From the NCBI RefSeq assembly GCF_009914755.1, contig NC_060929.1: a stretch of 64,000 nucleotides of DNA. The stretch is one strand, 5' to 3'. Below, piece by piece: positions 25,880 through 41,399 of the stretch. The DNA is from the human T2T-CHM13v2.0 reference genome, Homo sapiens. Position numbers and translations under genes: made by a program. The notes beneath the pieces are model-generated. The model saw only the letters and a program-made list of their open reading frames with translations, was not told the DNA's origin and did no database searches. Each line of letters opens with the position of its first letter. Positions within the stretch are counted from its first letter, which is position 1.

Positions 25880-28863
25880 ATTTACTAATTTCCCTCGAGA
25901 TTTCATTTCTAACTCTAAGGGTTATTTATAAATGTGATCTTTAATTTCCAACTATCTGGACATTTTCCAGTATCTTTCTGTAATTGATTTCTAATAAATT
26001 CTCTTGCAGTCAGAGAAAATACTCTGTATAATTTCTATTCTTTTGAATAGAATTGTTTTATGACCCAGAATACAGTTAATCTTAGTGAATGTTCCATATG
26101 CACCAGGAAAAGATGTGTATTCTACTACTCTATAATGTGTCTTCTTATAAATGCCAATTAGTTTGAGTTGATAGTATGGATGAGATTTTCTTCTATCTGT
26201 ATTGATTTTCTACTTGTTCTTTTAATTACTGAGAGAGGGGTGTTAAAATCTCCAGCTGTATTTGTGCATTTGTCTGTTTCTCCTTTTAGTTCTGTGAGAA
26301 TTTTTCTTGTATTTGGAAGCTCTGCTATTTGCTGAATATGTATTTAAGATTATTATGTATTCTTGATAAATTGACCCTGTTATCATGAAATGTCCCTCTT
26401 TATACCTGGAAGTACTCTTTATTCTAAAGGCTTCTTTTTCTGCTATTAACATAGCTGCTTCAACTCTCTATATATTGATGATTTCATGATATATGTATTT
26501 TTCATCCTCTCATTTTTAAGTTATTCCTGGCTTTGTATCTAAAATGGGTTTCTTGTAAACAACATATATTTTGAGTCTTGCTTTTTTCAGTTTGACAATT
26601 TTCATTATTTAATTGGAAGTTAGACCTTTCAACATTAATGCAATTATTGATATGATTGGATTTATGTCTGCCATCTTACTATGCATGTTTTCTATGTGTC
26701 CCATCTGTTCTTTTTTTAATTTTTTAAACTGCCTTCTTCTGGATTAACTGAACATTTTTTAAATGATTTATTTTATCCCACTACTAGCTTATTAACAGTA
26801 TCTTTATTTTATTTTTTATGGTTGCTTTCTGGTTTATAATATACATCTTTGATCACAATCTATAGAGTATCACACCATTTATTGTGACTTACTTTCATTT
26901 CAATTCTCTGATTTATTGAATTATGTTTTACCATTGAATGTGTTATGCTCCATGATTGTTATTTATTTTGCCTTAAATGTTCACTTTTCTTTTAAATAAC
27001 TTAAATAAAGGGGAAAAAACATCGTATATTTACATGTTTACATTTTTAGCATTTTTTCATTTCTTCAAGCAAAGGAAAACGATGCCAACTTACTTTCTGG
27101 CATCATTTTCCTTTCACTTGAAGAACTTCCTTTAAGACACTTTGTAGTAAAGGTCTACTGTTGACAAATTTTCTTAGCTTCGGTTTGCCTAAAAAAGTTT
27201 TTATTTTGCCTTTATTGTGAAAGATATTTTCACTGAATATAGAATTTCACATTGACATATTTTTTTCTTGCAGCTGTTTAAAATGCTGTTCCATTGTCTT
27301 GATTTGCATAGTTTAGGATGATAAATCTATAGGATATATATCTTTGTTTTCTGATACCATGTGTATTTTTTCTCTGAATACTTTAAAAAATTTCTTTTTA
27401 TTTGTATTTTTTAGCAATATTATTATGATGCACATTGGAAATGTGTGTGTATATTTGTATTTGTATACAGGTGTGTGTGTTTGTCCAGTTTGGATTTTAT
27501 TGAGCTCCTTGGATCTATGGGCTTATAGTTATCATCAAATTGAGAACATTTTGGCTATTATTCTTCCAAATATTTGTATTCATTCTCCTTACCTGGATCT
27601 CCCCCTCCCCCCAATTTTCCTCTTTCTGAAACTTAAATTACTTTTATGTTAGGCCACTTGATATTATCATACTGGTCATGAAATCTCTGATCATTTTTTG
27701 TTTTTCATTTAGTAGTTTCTTTCTATGTGCTTCATTTTGAATACATCTTATTATTGTGTCCTCAAGTTTACTGAAATATTCTAATATTTTCTTTCATAGA
27801 ATAGAATCTACTGTTAAATAACTCAGTGTATTTTTTCATCTCCAAAAGTTTTATTTCTTTTCGTTTCACCTACTTGTCTTCATTATGCTCACGTTTTTCT
27901 TGACATATTTTAATGTTTGTAATGTATAATAGCTTTTTAAATGTGCTTACCTGCTAATTTTATAATCTCTGTCATTTCTGGGTCTGTTTCTTTTGAAAAG
28001 TTTTTCTCCTTGTTATGGACCAGATTTTTCTGCTTCTTCATACTCTAGTATTTTTTACTGGGTGTCAGCTATTGTAAATTTTATATTACTGATCGTTAGT
28101 TTTTGTGTGTTTTTCTTTAAAGAGTATTAAATTCTTTCTCCTACAGAAAGTGAAGTTAGATACAGATTAGTTTGATCCTTTTGGAGCTCATTTCTAAGTT
28201 CTTTGAGGGTGACTCTAGAGTAGATCTAATTCACTCCCAGTTTTAAGCTATGATCTTTTTTTGTCTCTATTATTTGCCATATATATTCAGTGAGGTCTCT
28301 CTATTTTTAGTGGAGAAACATTGAACAATTTCCAGTCTCACGTTAGCATTGGTATTTGTGTTATAGCTATCCTGTTGCATGTTACCCTGTTATTTGGCTA
28401 CTATTCTTTCAAATATTTGCAGGCACTCTCCCTACCTGCATCCACCCCCAATTTTTTCTTTCTAAAAAGCAAAATAACATGTGCTGATTAATATTCAGCC
28501 AAAGACTCAAGAAAACTTCAATTCAGATATTTGAGGCTCTTTCTCTGCATTTCTTTCTGTTCTTAGGAAATTGTTTCTGGCTATTCTAGAAATTTCATCT
28601 TCCCTGAACTCAGATATTCATTTCCTAAACTCAAGAAGACCATTTATCTCTGTTTATTTTCTTTCTCGCTGTGCTATAGTCTTAAAACTACCTCAGGCAG
28701 AGGATTGTAGGGCTCATCCAGTTGTTTACTTCTCTCTCCAATATTAAAGTCCTGGTGTCCATTTTTTCCAATGTCTAAAACTATTTTTTGCATAGTTTAT
28801 GGTTATTTCTCATTCAGGGTGATTTTATTCTCTGTTACTCATTTGTGGCCAGAAGCAGAAGTC
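25880..28863 (-). mobile_element. Old L1M 5' portion (5' region, ORF1, ORF2 endonuclease), degraded
   Basis: tgacccagaat..gtgaatgttccatatgcac; ORF 26243-26452 is endonuclease-like (EGHFMITGSIYQEYIIILNTYS); tgaagaacttccttta; ends tggccagaagcagaagtc. Confidence 0.85.
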
Positions 28864-28979
28864 AATAATTGTATTTTTGATATGAGCAAAATTTAGTTCT
28901 TAAAATTAGAAATGTAGAATTCATCTCTTAGTTCTAGTTTTATGTATCTTACTGGTTAATTTATATTTTCCTTCAAACT

Positions 28980-30240
<1,261 letters not shown>

Positions 30241-31199
30241 AATTTCCTAACTACAGAGATGAGAAGGGGAACCCAGATAGAGACATGTAGCTTTACTGAG
30301 TTGAGGAAATAAGCATTTTAGTCTATGGGACCTGAGGTTACTAGAATTGGTTGGCTTAAATAATTAATGTATTAGACCAATGTGGAGAAAGTACACTTAA
30401 AATAGAGGTGAGAATGGAATAAATTGATATATCTGGCAGGACTTTATAAAGTAGATTTATAGAAAGCATAATTAGACATAGAATGGTAAAACAGCATTAG
30501 ATTTTAGCACAGTGTCTGTCTTAGCACTCAATATATAATTGTTGAATCAGTGGAAATGGGTAGACACCTTCAATACTGGGTATTCCCTCCTCCTGTTGGG
30601 GAACTTCAGCCTGAGGACTCTATTTTATTTCATCCACAGGTTATTAGAATTCAGTTTGACTTGTTTTCATCTTGACTGATCCTAGAGTGAATCAATCTGT
30701 CTAAAACACTAAAGCAAAGCACTCTCCTCTCTGCTAACTCTATTTTCTCTTTCTCTGAAAGTGAAGGGCTACATACCATGTCAATACTACCATTCCCACT
30801 ACTATTTTGAAGATGAGATTATCACATTATACTGAATATCTAGAAATCAGAGCCTTGGGGCATTCCTAGGATAACATTCCATCCTTCTGATGGTATCCTG
30901 GAGTAAAATACGTGCAAATAAAACAGCCTCACACTTAGACCCCTTCACTTATATCCTATCCCACGAACATGTGGATGCCTATTCAAGCAATAGTTCATGG
31001 AAATTGGAAGGTTTGCATTTAAAAAGGACATTCCTAGTAAGAATCATCTTTCTTCCTTCTTTCTAGTCACAGTATTTTTTAAATACATGACATTAGTATT
31101 ACCTGTTATTTTGAGATTAGTTATTTTTTATCCTTCCAGTTTTTTTCCTTTTGTTTCTTAAAGGAGACAATGTATTTGACATTCAAGATACTTAAACAC

Positions 31200-31385
31200 A
31201 TTTCTAGAGTCCTTACAATTATAAATTTGTAATTGCATGTAATTGCATATTAACCCTAAGAAATAGTTATTATTGACCGTACTTTATACATCAGAGAATG
31301 GGGTTCAGAGAAATTAAATAACTTGTCCATGTTGCATGGCTGATAACTGATGGAACTGGGGTTGGAACCCAACTCTCTTTCAAAC
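31200..31385 (-). mobile_element. MIR
   Basis: ttcagagaaattaaataacttgtcca..ggaactggggttggaaccca. Confidence 0.65.
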
Positions 31386-31410
31386 TATTGAATAAGAAAG
31401 CTTATTAATT

Positions 31411-31730
<320 letters not shown>

Positions 31731-32174
31731 AAGAAAGCTTATTAATCCTGGCATATTGTTTAGCTTTCTTTATCCATTATTTCTTTCTATTTCTTTCTAT
31801 CCATTTCTTTATCCATTATGAAGCAATCCTGACATGATGAATATGATTTTTTTTGAAACTGGAAGTTGTGTGACAGAACCTGGAATAGTGATCAATGCTC
31901 TGTACACTATTTGGAGAAGACAGTCAAGTTCTCCTCACCATAGATAGGCTCTTGGGGGTTTATTAGACAAATGTTTTAATAGTTTGTCTACAGCTTGTCT
32001 TATTTATATATACTACCATTGTTTATTTGTCCTCTCTCTCTTTTATTGCCTATGCCAAAAGCAACATTAAGATATCCTTTATCAGACTTTTCACCTTTTA
32101 AAAATTATCAGAGTTTTTGGAATTCGATTCGCAGCTTGCCATGTTAGGGATTATAGAACATAGATGAGAATTGG

Positions 32175-32570
32175 CATTTAATTCATCTAAAAAATGTTTC
32201 TTGATAGTATATCATGTGCCAGGCACAATTCCAGGTGTGAGTATTGTTGTAAAAATAACCTGACAAGGTACCAAAGACTTTTTTTCTTGGTTGAAGGAAA
32301 GGAGAGACAAGCAATAATGTCATAAAATAATATTTCAATGATAGCAGCTGTCATACAAAAATAAACAAAGCTATCTAATAGTAAGTTACTGGGGATGAGC
32401 TACTTTATATTAGGTAATCAGAAAAGCTGAAGTGTCTACATGAGCAAGTAGACTTCTTTGTATGAGGTATATGGAAAAACTGACGCCCAAGTTGATTAAA
32501 TAGATTATTCATTGTCACATAAATAAATCTTTACTGGCTAAATTAGTACTGGAACCTGAGTTCTGCAATT
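32175..32570 (-). mobile_element. L2 3' fragment followed by a MIR fragment
   Basis: catgtgccaggcacaattccaggtg; ggaaaaactgacgccc..gtcacat..gtactggaacctgag. Confidence 0.55.
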
Positions 32571-32586
32571 TTGTTAAAAAATAAAC

Positions 32587-33732
32587 TTTTTTTCAGCTTT
32601 TATTTTACATTCAGGGGTATATGCACAGGTTTCTAACCTGGGTATATTGCATGATGCTGAAGTTTGGGCATGAATGTTCCCATCCCCAGGTACTGAGTAT
32701 AGTATTCAACAATTAATGTTTCAACCCTTGCCCCCTCCCTCCCTTCCCCCTCTAGCAGTCCTCAGTTCCTACTGTTGCTATCTTTATGTCCATGAGTACC
32801 TGGTGTTTAGCTCCCACTGCAAAGTGAGAACATGCAGTATTCGGTTTTCTGTTTCTGCATTAATTCTCCTCGGATTATGGCCTCCAGTTCCATCCATATT
32901 GCCTCAAAGGACATGATTTTGTTCTTTTTTATCGTTGTGTAGTATTTCATGGTGTATATATACCACATTTTCTTTATCCAGTCCATCACTGATGGGCATC
33001 TAGGTTGATTCCATGACTTTCCTATTGTGAATAGTTCTGTGATGAACATGCAAGTGTGTATATCTTTTTGGTGTAATGATCTATTGTCCTTTGGGTATAC
33101 ACCCAGTAATGGGATTGCTGGGTCATTTGGTAGCTCTGTTTTAGGTTCTTTGAGAAATCTCCAAACTGCTTTTCACAGTGGCTGAACTAATTTACATTCC
33201 CATCAACAGTGTGTAAGTGTTCCCTTTTCTCTGCAGCCTCACCAACACCTGTTGTTTTTGACTTTTTAACAATAGCCATTCTGATTGATGTAAGATATTG
33301 TCTCATTGTGGTTTTGATTTGCATTTCTTTGATGATTAGTGATGATGAGCATTTTTTCATATGATTATTGGCTACAAGTAAGTCTTCTTTTGAGAAATAT
33401 CTGTTCATGCCCATTGACCTTAATGGGATTATTTGTTTTTTGTTTCTTAAGTTCCCTATAGATTCTGGATATTAGACTTTTGTCAGATGCACAGTTTGCA
33501 AATATTTTCTACCATTCTGTAGGTTGTCTGTTTACTCTGTTAATAGTTTCTTTTGCTGTGCAGAATCTTTTTAATGTAATTAGGCCCCACTTGTCATTTT
33601 TTGTTTTTATTGCAATTGTTTTTGAGGACTTAGACATAAATTCTTTCCCAAGACCCATGTCCGGAATGATGTTTCCTAGGTTTTCTTCTAGTAGTCTTAT
33701 AGTTTGAGGTCTTACATTTAAACCTTTGATCC
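32587..33732 (-). mobile_element. L1PA15/16-like 3' end, 5'-truncated
   Basis: ORF2 C-terminal peptides ([29 protein letters not shown]); 3' UTR gggtatattgcatgatgctgaagtttgg. Confidence 0.93.
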
Positions 33733-34489
33733 TTCACTTGTAGCTTATCTTGCATGAGATTTTGACAGCATACATGGGGAAGGCATCAGTTACACTTTGG
33801 AGGCACGATACAGACAGAGAGCCAGATTCATATAGGCTGTGTAGACACCTGCTTCTTCCAGACCATTTTCCTGATTCTTTGGCTTGCTAATTGAGAGTAA
33901 CCTCAAAATCACTTGACTTTCCTTTTCTTGGAGGTATAAGTATCCAAAGATGTCCCCAGATGCTCCACATTAAAGATATATCTGCCCTTTGGTTTTTCTT
34001 CAGGAATTATAAAGTGTTTACCTGAGAACTAATTCAGATGGTCATGAACGGGAATATTTGCCAATGCTCAATGTCCTTAATCCATAGATTGGATTGGTTT
34101 AAGGTCTACTTCATCTTGCAAGCATCTTTGTTCCCATGGATAGTGACCTTGTTCTTGATTCAGCCTGACAGCTGCTATGCTCCATCAAAACCAACTAGAT
34201 GGGAGCTTGTTCCTCTGCTGCATTGTACAGTGACTGGTCTCACCCAGCACTTCCATGTGAGAATGAACACCCTCTTAACAAGAAATTTTGAGTGTTTTCC
34301 TTTTATTCACAGCTGAATGCAATAGCTCACTGGTTTTCAATTATGTTTGATTATTTGTGATTAAAAACTGTATGTATTTTTTTGGCAGTCAAGATTTCTG
34401 TACATATATTTAAGAAATAGTTCATTAACTGCTTTTCACAACTGTGTACTAACAAATTTTATACTTTTTTAATTAGCTGAGAAGCTATA

Positions 34490-35040
34490 TTAAAATATCT
34501 CATTGCAAAAAAATGAACTTTGTTATCTGATAAAATGAATTTTGCACTTCAGAATTGTCTTGAATATTGTTGTCATTGCAAATGATTTTTATCTTCATTT
34601 GTAGAGTTTCACCAAAATAATCCTTTTGGAATTTTATTAGGATCAAATTGAATTTATTGGTTAATTTGGGCCTAATTGTCATTTTTACCTTACTGAAACT
34701 TCATCAGCAATATTTCAGTAATGTCAATATTTTCTTCTACAAAGTCTTATGCATATTTTGGTATATTTATTTCTAGACATTTTATAGTTGGATTAGGAAT
34801 CAAAAGTAGTACATTTTTAAAAGTACATTTCAAATGATTTGCAATGGCATATAAAGATGATAGTACACATTTATCTTATATCCAATCAGGAAATTTGTTG
34901 CAGTTCTTACAAGTTCTAATAGTTTGATATTAGTTTGTTTACATGTCACCTTTTATTTACTAGCCCATTCCTTCTTTTTATGAATAGTCTTGACTGAGAT
35001 TTGTCTATTGTCTTTATAAATATCCAGCCTTTGATGTCAT
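34490..35040 (-). mobile_element. Old L1M ORF2 fragments
   Basis: ggaattttattaggatcaaattgaatttattggttaatttggg; ORF 34500-34682 resembles degraded ORF2. Confidence 0.6.
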
Positions 35041-35139
35041 TGGTTAGATAGATAGATAGATAGCCTAAGAATCTCTCTTTACCTTATAAATTTAATGAAT
35101 TTACATTAGTTTTGATTACTAATATTTAGATTCCCTTCT

Positions 35140-35365
35140 AGATGCATCATAATATACTAGTTAATACTACAGACTTTGGTGCTATACTTATGTTTTAATT
35201 CTAACCTCCCTTTACTTTTCTCATCTGTAAAATAAGGGAAATTATAATAATATCATAGTGCTTGATTGGGTTGTTATGGAGAATGAATGACTTTATATAT
35301 GTAAAATATTTAGAGCAGTACCTTACACATATAAGGACTATATAGTTGTTAACTCTTATAATTCA
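35140..35365 (+). mobile_element. MIR
   Basis: ttttctcatctgtaaaataaggg..ggttgttatggagaatgaatga..tgtaaaatatttagagcagtacc. Confidence 0.75.
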
Positions 35366-35686
35366 TATTATCTTTTCTTTATGTTTTATAGGTTTTTTAT
35401 TTGCTCTCTTCCTCATCTTATATTTTATTAAATTCACCATGTTTCTTTTTTTCCTTCCCTCCTTACCTACACATACAAAAATTGAAAGTTATTTTCCATT
35501 TCTATTTGTTAGAGATAAATCAAGCCTCTCTGAATATTCTAGACTTAGATTATTGTAACTGTTATCACCCCCATCTTGTTTGCCATTGTTGTCTAGTATT
35601 TTAATACTGACTATTTTTTGATCCTCCAAATTAGCCATTATGTTTATTTTTATGTAGTCAATGCATGCTTAAATTTATCAAAACAT

Positions 35687-35999
<313 letters not shown>

Positions 36000-36358
36000 A
36001 TCAAAACATTTGCTAATTTCCTTGCTCATTTTCTTCATACTATTTCATTTCTTCTTTCTGTGTTCAATTTCCTTCTTTTTGGATACATTTCTTTTGATAT
36101 CTTTTCACAGAAGATCCTTAGTGGTAAACATTCTCTCAATTTTTCTAATTTAAAATTATCTTGATTTTTACTTTCACTTTTAAATGAGAATTTAGCTGGT
36201 CAGATATTTATGAGTTGATAGTTACTTTCTTTCAGCACTTTGAAATATCCCTTTGTCTTTGTAGAGACCAATTTCCCTTGGTCTCTACAGCTGTTTTTGG
36301 GAAGCCTGCTGTTAGTCTAATTCTTGTTCTTTTTACATTACCTTCTTTTGCTTTCAGG

Positions 36359-36384
36359 TTATTTTAAAGATATCTTTAAAATAA
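36359..36384. repeat. Perfect 26-bp palindrome
   Basis: ttattttaaagatatctttaaaataa is its own reverse complement. Confidence 0.95.
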
Positions 36385-36734
36385 AGATATCTGTAGTTTC
36401 ACTGTAAGTATGACTAGATGTGAATTCATATTTATTTCTTTGTATTAGTACTCAGTATGCTTCCTAATCTGAGAAATAGGTCTGTAATCATTTCTAGAGA
36501 ATTAACAACAATTTTGTGTTTGAATAATGCTATTTTCCAGAACTCTTTATTTACCTTATAGAACAAATAGATGCATATTGATTCTTTAATCCTTAGTCTT
36601 TCATACAAAAGAAAAGTTTGTATGTGTTTTACTTATTTGATAACTACTAGATATTCCTTATCTTGTAAGTAACCTGTGTCCCCATCTAGATGCTGAACTC
36701 TTGGGGGCAGTTTGCTACATGCTATAAGTCTTTG

Positions 36735-36920
36735 GGATATCATGTTTACGAGCATGGGTTCTAGAGACAGACTATCTTGTCTTGAATCCTTGCTCTATCA
36801 CCTATCTTTAATATCTCAGGTGCTATTACATGTGTTACAGTATAATGGAGATATTAATAGTATTTACCTTAGAAGGTACTTAGTATTTATTAAGAACTCA
36901 GTGAATGTTAGCTATTACAC
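36735..36920 (+). mobile_element. MIR
   Basis: gagcatgggttctagagacagact..ttgaatccttgctctatcac..tataatggagatattaatagta..ctcagtgaatgttagctatt. Confidence 0.7.
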
Positions 36921-37119
36921 TACTTTTACATAAAGAAAAACTGTTAAATAACCTTCACTTCACAAAAATATACAATTTAGATTAAATTTTGAAAAAAGGT
37001 TAACTTTTAATATTGGAGGAGGAATAAAAGAAGGAGGAAAGAAACAAACATTTTAGGCAGAGGAAACAGCATGCACATAGATATAGGAGTTGTGAAGTGT
37101 AGAGTGTATTTGAGAAATG

Positions 37120-37480
37120 TAGGGGATATTGCCTGTGCCCCACCCATATCCTCTCGGCACTCCTGGGTCATTAAGATCCATTTCCTTCTGCAAGCATTTG
37201 CAGTTCTTCACTTGATGACTTTCTCCTGACCTGGACACCAAGCTAGTGGAATTCATGCCCCTAGGAGCAGCTCCCAGCCAATGATGGATGGGGTTGGAAG
37301 ATAAATACTCTAGCTTCCTATTTTTCAGCTACCTTAACTCTGAGTTGTGTTCTATACTCTCTCCCAATTACCAGTGGAATTGAGGACCAGTTACCTTCTA
37401 AGATAACTTGTTTGACAATGTATCCTGCTTTAGCTTCTCTTCACCTTCCTAGTCCTATTTTACTACCTTACCTTCTGATA
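37120..37480 (+). mobile_element. LTR16-like (ERVL) LTR fragment
   Basis: gcagctcccagccaatgatggatggggttggaagataaatactctagcttcc..ccagtggaattgag..ccagttacc..gataacttgtttgacaa. Confidence 0.7.
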
Positions 37481-38029
37481 AGCCTACAAAAACAAGATAT
37501 GTTGAAAAGACTTTCATTTTATTTCCTGCTTCTAAAATGTAAATGCTTTAATTATTTAAAACTCTCTGAGGTCTTCTTCCAAAAGGCTGACAGAACATTG
37601 CATTTCCACTCATGAAAAACTCTCTCAGGCCCAGAACAAGGTCTGTGATTTAATGAGAGGCATTTTAAAGACTATGAGAACAACTTGATGTAGATATTTA
37701 AGAAAAAAAAATCTTTTAATAAAGGTTCTGTTTCTCTGAGGACCTTTATTTTGTTTTATTTTTTGTATGAAGCCAGTTGCTATGTGGGCGTTTACTGTGA
37801 GATTAATATGCGTTGCCGCAAATTTATAAATGAGTTTTCTCATCTTGAAGGAAAACACAAAATTCTATCTCTCACATTGCTTTCCTAGTTGGAAGAAAAA
37901 CAGAACTTTCCAAAATAGGGCATAGAACACATGGCTTCTAGGAGTCCTTGGAATATCCTATGAGTGAACATATTTGTGTATCTATGGTCATAGCAAGTCA
38001 TAGTAGGTAATCATGCCTATATTCATATA

Positions 38030-38200
38030 GAGGAATGGTAGGAAGGGCTTTTAAAGATTATCTAGTCCATCTAGATTTTATAGATAAATAATATAGGGTC
38101 CACAAACTTAAATGGGTTGCCTAAGATTACCAAGAATATTAGTATTGGTTAGAGCATTAATTCTCTTTAATCCTGGTCCAGTGCTCTTTTCACATTATAG
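38030..38200 (-). mobile_element. MIR3-like fragment
   Basis: ggaagggcttttaaagattatctagtcca..ttgcctaagattac..tcctggtccagtgctctttt. Confidence 0.6.
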
Positions 38201-38508
38201 GAGAGTCCATTTCTTAAACATTACCCTGGAGAGTTCCTTTTCTTTGGCTAGCCTCAAGGGAAAAATAAAGTCCCTACATTGTACAAGATGATTGTATTTG
38301 ATTCAATTATTTTCCCAGTTGTGGGGAGCCAGGGACCAAAGTTTAAGCTCTGCGGTGGTTGGCCACTGGGTATATTGAGGTCAACTTGGGTGGCCCATTT
38401 TGTTAAAGATTACCCTGGTACTTTCACTAGTATCATCAGTACATTTTATAGTCTTTGAATCAAAGGTAAATTTATTTTATTTTAATTTTTACAGTTTGGC
38501 ATGTAGCA

Positions 38509-40424
38509 TTTTTTTTCAACTTTTATTTTAGAAACAGGGAGTACATGGTACATGTGCAGGTTTGTTACATGAGTATATTGCACCCAGGTAGTGAGTATAG
38601 TAACCAATAGGTAGTTTTTTTGACCCATTTCCCTCTCTCTCTCCTTCTTCCCTGAAGTAGCCTGCGGTGTCTGCTGTTCCCATGTTTATGTCCATGGGTG
38701 CTTAATGTTTAGCTTCCACTTCTAAGTGAGAACATGCAATATTTGACTTTCTGTTCCTGTGTTAATTCGCTTAGGCTTATGGCCTCCAGCTCCATCCATG
38801 TTGCTGCAAAGGACATGATTTTGTTCTTTGTTATGATTGCATAGTATTCCTTGGTGTATATGTGCTCCATTTTCTTCATCAATCCACCATTGGTGAGCAC
38901 CTAGGTTGATTTCTCATCTTTACTATTGTGAATAGGGTGATGATAAACATACAAGTGCATGTATCTTTTTGGTATAATGATCTATTTTCCTTTGGGTATA
39001 TACCCAGTAATGGGATTTCTTGGTCACTTGTAGCTCTGTTTTAAGTTCTTTGAGAAATCTCCCAACTGCTTTTCACAGTGGCTGAACTAATTTACATTTC
39101 CACCAAGAGTATATAAGCATTCCCTTTTCTCTGTAGCCTCACCAGCATTTGTTGTTTTCTGACTTTTAATAATAGCCATTCTGACTTGCGTGAGATGATA
39201 TCTCATTGTGGTTTTGATTTGCATTTCTCTGGTGATTAGTGATGATGAGCATTTTTTTAATATGTTTGCCATTTGTATGCCTTTTTTTGAAAAATATCTG
39301 TTCATGTCCATGACCATTTTTTAATGGGATTGTTTGGTTTTTACTTGTTGATTTAAGTTCCTTATAGATTCTGGATATTATACTTTGTCAGATATGTAGT
39401 TTGCAATATTTTCTCCCATTCTGTAGGTTGTTCGTTTATTCCGTTGATAGCTTCTTTTGCTGTGCAGAAGCTTTTTAGTTCTATTAAGATTCCACTTGTC
39501 AATTTTTGTTTGTGTTGCTATTGCTTTTGGGGACTTAGCCAAAATTTATTTGCCCAGGCTAAGGTCAAGAAGGGTATTTTCCAGGTTTTCTTCTAGTATT
39601 TTTATAGTTTTGGGGTTTCACATTTAAATCTCTAATCCATTGTTAGTTAATTTTTGTATATGTTGAGAGGTAAGGGTCTAGTTTTATTCTTCTGCATATG
39701 GCTAGCCAGTTATCCTAGCACCATTCACTGAATAGGTAGCCCTTCCCCATTGCTTGTTTTTGTTGGCCTTGTCAAAGATTGGATGATTGTAAGTGTGCAG
39801 CTGTACTTCTGATTTTGTATCTTGTTTCATTGTTCTATGTGTGTTTTTATACAAGCACCATGTGTTTTGGTTATTAGAGCCTTATAGTATAGGATGAAGT
39901 AACTGTGATGCCTCTGGCTTTGTTGTTTTCACATAGGATTGCTTTGGCTATTTGGGCTCTATTTTGGTTCTATATGAATTTTAGAATAGTTTTTTCTAAT
40001 ACTGTAAAGAATGACGTGGGTACTTTGACAGGAATAGCATTGAATCTGTAATTACTTTGGACAGTGTGGCCATTTTAGTGATATTGATTCATCTAAGCCA
40101 TGAGCATGGAGGTTTTTCCATTTATTTGTGTCATCTCTGATTTCTTTCAGCAGTGTTTTATAGTTCTCCTTGTAGAAATCTTTCATCTCCTTGGTTAGCT
40201 GTACTTATAGATATTTTATTTTCTTTGTGGCTATTTTAAGTGGAATTGTGTTCTTGATTTGACCCTTAGCCTGGACACTATTGGTGTCTAGAAATACTAC
40301 TGACTTTTGTACATTGATTTTGTATATAAAACCTTACTAAAATATTTGATCAGTTCTAGTAAACTTTTGGTGGGTTCTTTAGGGTTTTTTTAGGTATGAA
40401 ATCATATTTTCAGTGAAGAAAGAT
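38509..40424 (-). mobile_element. L1PA13-16-like 3' 1.9 kb
   Basis: T-tail, catgtgcaggtttgttacat; ORF2 peptides ([40 protein letters not shown]). Confidence 0.93.
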
Positions 40425-40505
40425 CAATTTAGCCACTAAGAATTTATTTATGTGTCTACGAATAATTTATTTAATCATTTTGGGCCTCATTTTCCCAATG
40501 TACCT

Positions 40506-40609
40506 CATACAAAAGATCAATGAAACCAAGAGCTGCTCCTTCAAGAAACAAACAAACATACAAGATAGGTAGACAGCTAGCTAGATTAACAAAAGAAAGA
40601 GAGAAGATC
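40506..40609 (+). mobile_element. Inverted L1 ORF2 segment
   Basis: catacaaaagatcaatgaaaccaagagctg...ctagctagattaacaaaagaaagagagaagatc is sense-strand ORF2. Confidence 0.85.
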
Positions 40610-41370
40610 TTTTGTATGGATTTTTGCATGTCAATTTCATTCAGTTCTTCTTTAAATTTTGTTATGTCTTTTCTTCCACTGGCCTTGGGGTTGGTTGGCT
40701 CTCTTTTTTTTCTAGTTCCTTCAGGTGCAAAGTTAGATTGTTAATTTTAAATCTTTCTAACTTCTTGATAAAGCCATTTAGTACCGTTAGCTTTCCTCTT
40801 AACACGGCTTTAGCTGTATCCCAGGCAGTTTGGTGAGTGTTGTCCCTATTTTCATCAATTTCAAATAATTTTTTGATTTTTGCTTTAATTTCTATGTTCG
40901 TCCATAAATTATTCAGGAACAAGTTGTTTAATTTCCACGAATTTGCATAGTTTTTAGAAATCCCCTTGATATGAATTTCTATTTTTATTGCACTGTGGTT
41001 TGAGTGTGTGCTTGGTTTGATTTCAATGTTTTTGAATTTATTGAAACTTCCTTTATGACTGAGCATGTGGTTGATCTTGGATAATGTTCCATGTACAGAT
41101 GAGAAAAATGAATATTCTGTGGTTACTGGGTGGAGTGTTCTGTAGATGCCTATTAGTTACAATTGGTCAAGTGTCAAGTTTAAGTCCAGGATTTCTTTGC
41201 TAGTTTTTTGCCTCGATGGGGTGTCTAATGCTGTCAGTGGGGTGTTGACGTTTCCCACTATTATTGGGTGGTTGTCTGAGTCTTTTTGTAGGCCAAGAAG
41301 AACTTGTTTTCTGAATTTGTGTGCTCCAATGTTGAACGCATATATATTTAGGATAGTTATGTCTTCTTGC
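40606..41370 (-). mobile_element. L1 ORF2 endonuclease-region segment
   Basis: ORFs 41157-41372 (QEDITILNIYAFNIGA..IIVGNVNTPLTALD) and 40662-41066 (WDTAKAVLRGK). Confidence 0.93.
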
Positions 41371-41399
41371 AAATGTCATTTTAATCCTTATTTTACTAG

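Noticed and set aside
40662-41372. Endonuclease-like ORFs as a functional nuclease or retroelement system
   Set aside because: Fragmented, frameshifted L1 ORF2 relic.
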